Under the pieces are notes generated by a model. It was not told where the DNA came from. It made no database searches and saw nothing but the letters and a program-made list of their open reading frames with translations. 64,000 bases of DNA, from positions 84,846 through 148,845 of the forward strand of contig CAZVGZ010000002.1 in the NCBI GenBank assembly GCA_964627605.1, given 5' to 3'. Positions 59,650 through 64,000 of this stretch are shown here, piece after piece; within the stretch, counting starts at the first letter, position 1, and each line of letters starts with the position of its first letter. Origin of the DNA: an uncultured bacterium. GTDB lineage: Bacteria; Latescibacterota; MWCZ01; CAZVGZ01. Both the position numbers and the translations under genes were made by a program.

Positions 59650-60431
59650 ATGCTATCACTGACCACAGACTATGCTGAAGACAAGGGTGATCCGTCGGAG
59701 TATCTGAGGCGGATTGCTGAGGCGGGTTTTTCGCACACGCACTGGTGTCATCATTGGAATACGGATTTTATGTATTCGCTTGGTGAGATCGAGCAGATAG
59801 GGTGGTGGTTGGATGAGTTTGGGTTGAAGGTGCTGGATTTGCATGGGTCGTGCGGGCCGGAGAAGAACTGGGGGTCGAGCAAGGAGTGGGAGCGGGCTGC
59901 CGGGGTGGAGCTTGTGAAGAACCGGATCGACATGGCTGACAGGTTGGAGGGTGATGAGGTGATAATGCATATCCCAGGAATACCGGGATCAGAGCCGTTG
60001 ATGAGGTCGAACCGTTCGCGAGAGAGCGGAACATAAAGGTATGCCCTGAGAACGGGAAGTTTGATGCGATTAAGCATGTTTTTTCGCTGTACGGTCCTGA
60101 ATATGTCGGTCTCTGCTACGACTGCGGGCATGGGAATATGGCGGGCGATGGATTGGATGATCTGGAGAGTGTGAAAGACCGTTTGGTGTGCACCCATCTC
60201 CATGACAACGACAGCCACGGCGACCAGCACAACCCGCTGTTTACAGGCACCGTTGATTGGCCGAGATTGGCGTCAATTATCGCTCGGTCGAGTTATGAGA
60301 AGTGCATCAGTATGGAGGTGACGCAACCGCTGTCGGGGATTGAGGATGAGACGGAGTTTCTCAAAACGGCTTTTGAGGGTGGTACGAGGTTTTCGGAAAT
60401 GGTGGAGCAGGCGCGGCAAAACATTGGGTGA
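59650..60431 (+). pseudogene. Sugar phosphate isomerase/epimerase (AP-endonuclease-2 TIM barrel), frameshifted at ~60009
   Basis: N-half MLSLTTDY...EPLMRS continues in another frame as [15 protein letters not shown]...YDCGH...HLHDND...SME. Confidence 0.8.
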
Positions 60432-60463
60432 TGAACGGATTTTGATATTCAGGAGGATGCGAG

Positions 60464-61684
60464 TTGAAATTTAAGCAACCGCTAATAGGCAACGCAGAAG
60501 CGCTCTACGACTACGCCTGTAGTGTGCCGGTAATCGACACTCACGAGCACATCCCCAAATCAGAAGAGGACTACAATCAGGCGACTATCAGGTTTGGCCA
60601 CCTATTCAACCCCTATGTGTCCAACGACTTAGCATCTGCGGGGATGCCTTTCCCCAAGGATCAGTGGGCGGCGTTTGTATGCATCGAGGATGATTGGGAG
60701 GCCGTCAAACATGGCAGCTATGCCAGGCCGCTTAGGATAGCGCTCGAATATTTCTACGATGTCGACGATCTCACCCGCGAGAATTTTCTTGATGTCGTCG
60801 AGCGGATCAATGAGGCGAATACCCCAGGGATCTACAAGCGCGTATTCAACGATGCGTGCGGAATTGAGCGGTCGGTGCTGTGCAGCGGCGTGCTGCCAGA
60901 TAGAGACGACCCGCTCATTGTGGGCAATATCAACTCATCGTCGATGATGCTGACGGGCAAAGCCAGTCTGGACGCGATGTCTGAGGAGATAGGCGGTTCA
61001 GCGATCAACTGTTTGGACGAGCTTGAAGAGATTTCAGGCGAGTGGATGGCGCTCAAAGTTTCTCAAGGAGCGATGGAGTTCAAAAGCAGGGCGATGCCCG
61101 TGGAAAGGCCGGACCGTGATGAGGCGGCGGCGGCACTGTCAAACTTGCTTAAAGAGGAGACGACGTCAGACGAAGAGATGTGTCACCTGTCGGCCTGGTT
61201 GAGGGAGGCGAATGCGGTCAAGTGTGCGGAGCTTGGTGTGCCGCTGGCGCTGCATACTGGGGTGTGGAACGATTTCAGGACTCTGTCGGTGAGTGACATT
61301 ATCGGGTTCATAGAGCGCAACCCCGACACCAGGATGGATATATATCATTTGGGCATCCCAGACGTGAGGACCGCGATTCAGGTGGTGAAAAACTATCCGA
61401 ATGCCTACCTCAACCTCTGTTGGGCGCACGTTGTCGCCAGCTACATGGTGGTGAACACCATGAACGAGGCGGTGGACATGGTACCTATGAACAAGATTTT
61501 CGCGTTCGGTGCGGACTATGTGCTGTTTGTGGAAAAAGTGTATGGGCATCTCTTGTTGGCAAGAGAGAATGTCGCCCTGGTGTTGGGCGACCGTGTGGAC
61601 CGGAATCTGATGGATATGTCAGAGGCTATGGAGACGCTAAAAGCGTGGTTTTACGACAACCCCAAACAGTTCTATGGGCTGTAG
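60464..61684 (+). CDS. Amidohydrolase superfamily protein (uronate-isomerase-like)
   Basis: IDTHEH, HTG, YH, FGAD metal ligands; AGGAGG RBS. Confidence 0.85.
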   Translation: MKFKQPLIGNAEALYDYACSVPVIDTHEHIPKSEEDYNQATIRFGHLFNPYVSNDLASAGMPFPKDQWAAFVCIEDDWEAVKHGSYARPLRIALEYFYDVDDLTRENFLDVVERINEANTPGIYKRVFNDACGIERSVLCSGVLPDRDDPLIVGNINSSSMMLTGKASLDAMSEEIGGSAINCLDELEEISGEWMALKVSQGAMEFKSRAMPVERPDRDEAAAALSNLLKEETTSDEEMCHLSAWLREANAVKCAELGVPLALHTGVWNDFRTLSVSDIIGFIERNPDTRMDIYHLGIPDVRTAIQVVKNYPNAYLNLCWAHVVASYMVVNTMNEAVDMVPMNKIFAFGADYVLFVEKVYGHLLLARENVALVLGDRVDRNLMDMSEAMETLKAWFYDNPKQFYGL

Positions 61685-61842
61685 AATCGTGCTTACGAGT
61701 CGGTGAGTTAGGCTGTTGATCGAGTCGCTCAGTCTGGCGATGGCTCTGGCATACTTGGTCTTTGTGAGGTATCGGACTATTCTTGTGGCGTTAGAGAGTT
61801 ACATGCAAACAGTGTTTACCACCACGCCGGGGAGTTTTTGAG

Positions 61843-62964
61843 ATGATATCCATTGCGCATCCGCTGCCTGAAGTCTACGAGCGCAAACACGGCAAGATCA
61901 ACGATCTGCGGTCGATCACGCATAACCCAAAGCGAGGCGAGGACTGGATCGCCACAACCACAACGCTCTTCAACCCGAACGACGGCCTGATTTACGCGGG
62001 CCTGACAAGCCGCGATGGGGATATTCTGTACTCCTACGACCGCTCGACGGGAAAAGCGACTTGTTGTGACTACCTCTCTGTGCGGGTTGAAGGGGAGATC
62101 AAAGTCCATCGCTCGCTGGAGTTGGGGCCTGATGGAAAGCTTTATAGCGGTTCGGCTGGATTGGTTGACCGGAAGACGAGAGACGCCCACCCAGGCGGGC
62201 AGCTATGGTCCTATGACCCGGCGACAGGGGAGTACGACGTGTTTGGTATTCCGGTACCCCACGACTACGTGCAGCACATCACTGTCGATTTTGAGCGACA
62301 GGTGATGTACGGCGGCACATATCCTACTCCGTGGTTCTTTGCGTTTGACCTGAAGACGCGCACGACCAAAAAGTGCTCTTACTCCGGTGCGCTTCCTCAC
62401 AGATCTGTTGTGGCTGATGACGGCAAAGTTTGGAGCGGGTACTCGATGTCGATGGACCTGGCCAATGGCGACAACATGCTGATGACCTACGATCCTGACA
62501 CGAACGACATCACATACCACGATTTTGGTTTGCCGATGGTGGGAACATCTGACCCTCGCCAGATTGATGACATGGTTAACCTCGGCGATGGTTATATCTA
62601 CGCCTCCACTGTCAGCGGCGGATTCTCACGCATCAATCCGAAAACATGCGACATTGAGTGGTACGGCAAACCGTCGAGGGGGATGCGGTTGGCAGGGATA
62701 GATGAGGCGCCTGATGGACGGCTGTTCATTACCACCGGCGCGTTTTATGGTATGCACAAGGACGACGCCCCGTGCCACGTTTTCGCCGTCGACAGGGACA
62801 CGAAGCAGTTCTATGACTATGGCATTATCGAAGACCCCGACTTCGGTGACGGATGTCAGGTGGTGCATCACCTGTCAATCGACGATGAAGGCACGCTTTG
62901 GGTCGGTGAGACCGACACCCACAACCGTTCAGGTTGTCTGTGGGAGTGCCACCTGGAGGATTGA
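61843..62964 (+). CDS. Hypothetical beta-propeller protein
   Basis: Repeated DG.IY / YDP.TG blade motifs. Confidence 0.7.
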   Translation: MISIAHPLPEVYERKHGKINDLRSITHNPKRGEDWIATTTTLFNPNDGLIYAGLTSRDGDILYSYDRSTGKATCCDYLSVRVEGEIKVHRSLELGPDGKLYSGSAGLVDRKTRDAHPGGQLWSYDPATGEYDVFGIPVPHDYVQHITVDFERQVMYGGTYPTPWFFAFDLKTRTTKKCSYSGALPHRSVVADDGKVWSGYSMSMDLANGDNMLMTYDPDTNDITYHDFGLPMVGTSDPRQIDDMVNLGDGYIYASTVSGGFSRINPKTCDIEWYGKPSRGMRLAGIDEAPDGRLFITTGAFYGMHKDDAPCHVFAVDRDTKQFYDYGIIEDPDFGDGCQVVHHLSIDDEGTLWVGETDTHNRSGCLWECHLED

Positions 62965-63093
62965 TGGCTGAATGCTGACCCGTTCTTTTGGGGATGGCAG
63001 ATAAATATATGACTGTTTTCGGGGCGGCTCAGGTGTCAAACGAGACACGGGACTGCCCCGCACACGTTTAACTCGGATCGCAGAGGCGACGCG

Positions 63094-64000
63094 ATGGAGA
63101 AGACCGAAACGACCCGAAAGAAGACGATTCTGATCGGGTTGGATGGGATGATTCCCGAACAGGTGATGCGCTACCGCAAACGGGTGGTTGAGCTTGATCG
63201 ATTATTAAAAGAAGGCTTTTTCTCACCGGCGGTGCCGTCGTTTCCCACAGACACCCCTACCAACTGGACCACGATCGCCACCGGAGCGTGGGCCGGGACA
63301 CACGGGATCGTGGGGTTTGGTGTTCATAAACCTGGGATGGAGACTGCGGTAACCACACCGACATTCAACTCCCGGCAGTGCCAGGGAGAGTATTTTTGGC
63401 AGGCCGCCGAGAGGCAGGGCAAACGGTGCCTCCTAATCAACTACCCCACCGCATTTCCTCTGACTCTCAATGACGGAGTGGCCATCGGCGGCGACGGTCT
63501 TATGTCGTCCAAATGGACGGTGAGGTATCATGAACTCATCAGCTCGTCGAGGGACGTATCACGGGTCAAGCCACTGGCTATGGGGGCCGCCAAAAAGTGG
63601 AAAAATGTCCCTCCTGATTGGGAGGTCGTCGCTGAGGGTGTTGTCGATCTTGACAGGGAGCGGAGGTTTGGTTGGGGTGCAGCAGGTGTCACAGACCAAG
63701 GCGATGTTGAGATTGTCGCTTCTAAGAGAAGATATGTTCTCGTCATTAGGGATGGGGGGACGTCGAAAATCGTTTTGTCTGCGAGCCGCGATGTCAAGAA
63801 GGCGATAACCACCATTGGCAAGGGGGAATGGTCGGGGTGGATAGATGAGCGGTTTGGCGGAAAAAGGGCGCTGAGGCAGTATAAACTTGTGGATTTGAGC
63901 GCTGACGGGTCGAAAGTGACGATCTATGGGTCGATGGCTGCCACGCCCACCGGATGGGGGTTCCCAAAAGGCATTGAGAAAAAGATCATCGAGCATGCAG
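63094..64000 (+). CDS. Alkaline phosphatase superfamily / type I phosphodiesterase; runs off the right edge of the window
   Basis: Not in the ORF track; translated by hand: ILIGLDG, PTDTPTNWTTIATGAW.GTHGI, LINYP. Confidence 0.85.
   Translation, partial: MEKTETTRKKTILIGLDGMIPEQVMRYRKRVVELDRLLKEGFFSPAVPSFPTDTPTNWTTIATGAWAGTHGIVGFGVHKPGMETAVTTPTFNSRQCQGEYFWQAAERQGKRCLLINYPTAFPLTLNDGVAIGGDGLMSSKWTVRYHELISSSRDVSRVKPLAMGAAKKWKNVPPDWEVVAEGVVDLDRERRFGWGAAGVTDQGDVEIVASKRRYVLVIRDGGTSKIVLSASRDVKKAITTIGKGEWSGWIDERFGGKRALRQYKLVDLSADGSKVTIYGSMAATPTGWGFPKGIEKKIIEHA

Noticed and set aside
60680-60720. Possible short in-frame deletion in the amidohydrolase at DDWEAVKHGSY
   Set aside because: Cannot be established without an alignment to homologs
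1-64000. CRISPR arrays, rRNA genes, intact prophage or defence systems
   Set aside because: No regularly spaced direct repeats, rRNA-like sequence, or phage structural or cas genes were seen

Overview
Bacterial chromosomal window of roughly 55-60% GC (estimated by eye). The gene complement suggests a marine FCB/PVC-related lineage such as Latescibacterota; this is inference. Housekeeping genes present: hflKC, recG, HU, sppA, glyQS, map, tyrS, a CCA-adding enzyme, a split complex I operon nuoFGHIJKLMN, tRNA-Pro and tRNA-Arg. There is a PerR-sodA-rubrerythrin-Fe-S oxidoreductase-DUF3501 oxidative-stress cluster, many sugar-catabolism genes (several decayed), and a collapsed integration-site remnant next to the tRNAs. 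The most notable system is a five-gene lipid cluster at 49.7-58.6 kb. It is built around a 1448-aa ElbD-like enzyme (fatty acyl reductase + adenylation + ACP + acyltransferase) with a degenerate adenylation P-loop, followed by a HAD-IB phosphatase, a Zn-dehydrogenase, a LarA-like protein and a DAG-kinase-like protein, and is a candidate bacterial ether-lipid pathway. Also notable are a Tat-signal-bearing LarA (nickel-pincer) family protein, a plant-arabinokinase-like kinase paired with galT, and a NuoF with an altered nucleotide-binding loop. All calls come from motif recognition by eye; no database searches were run.
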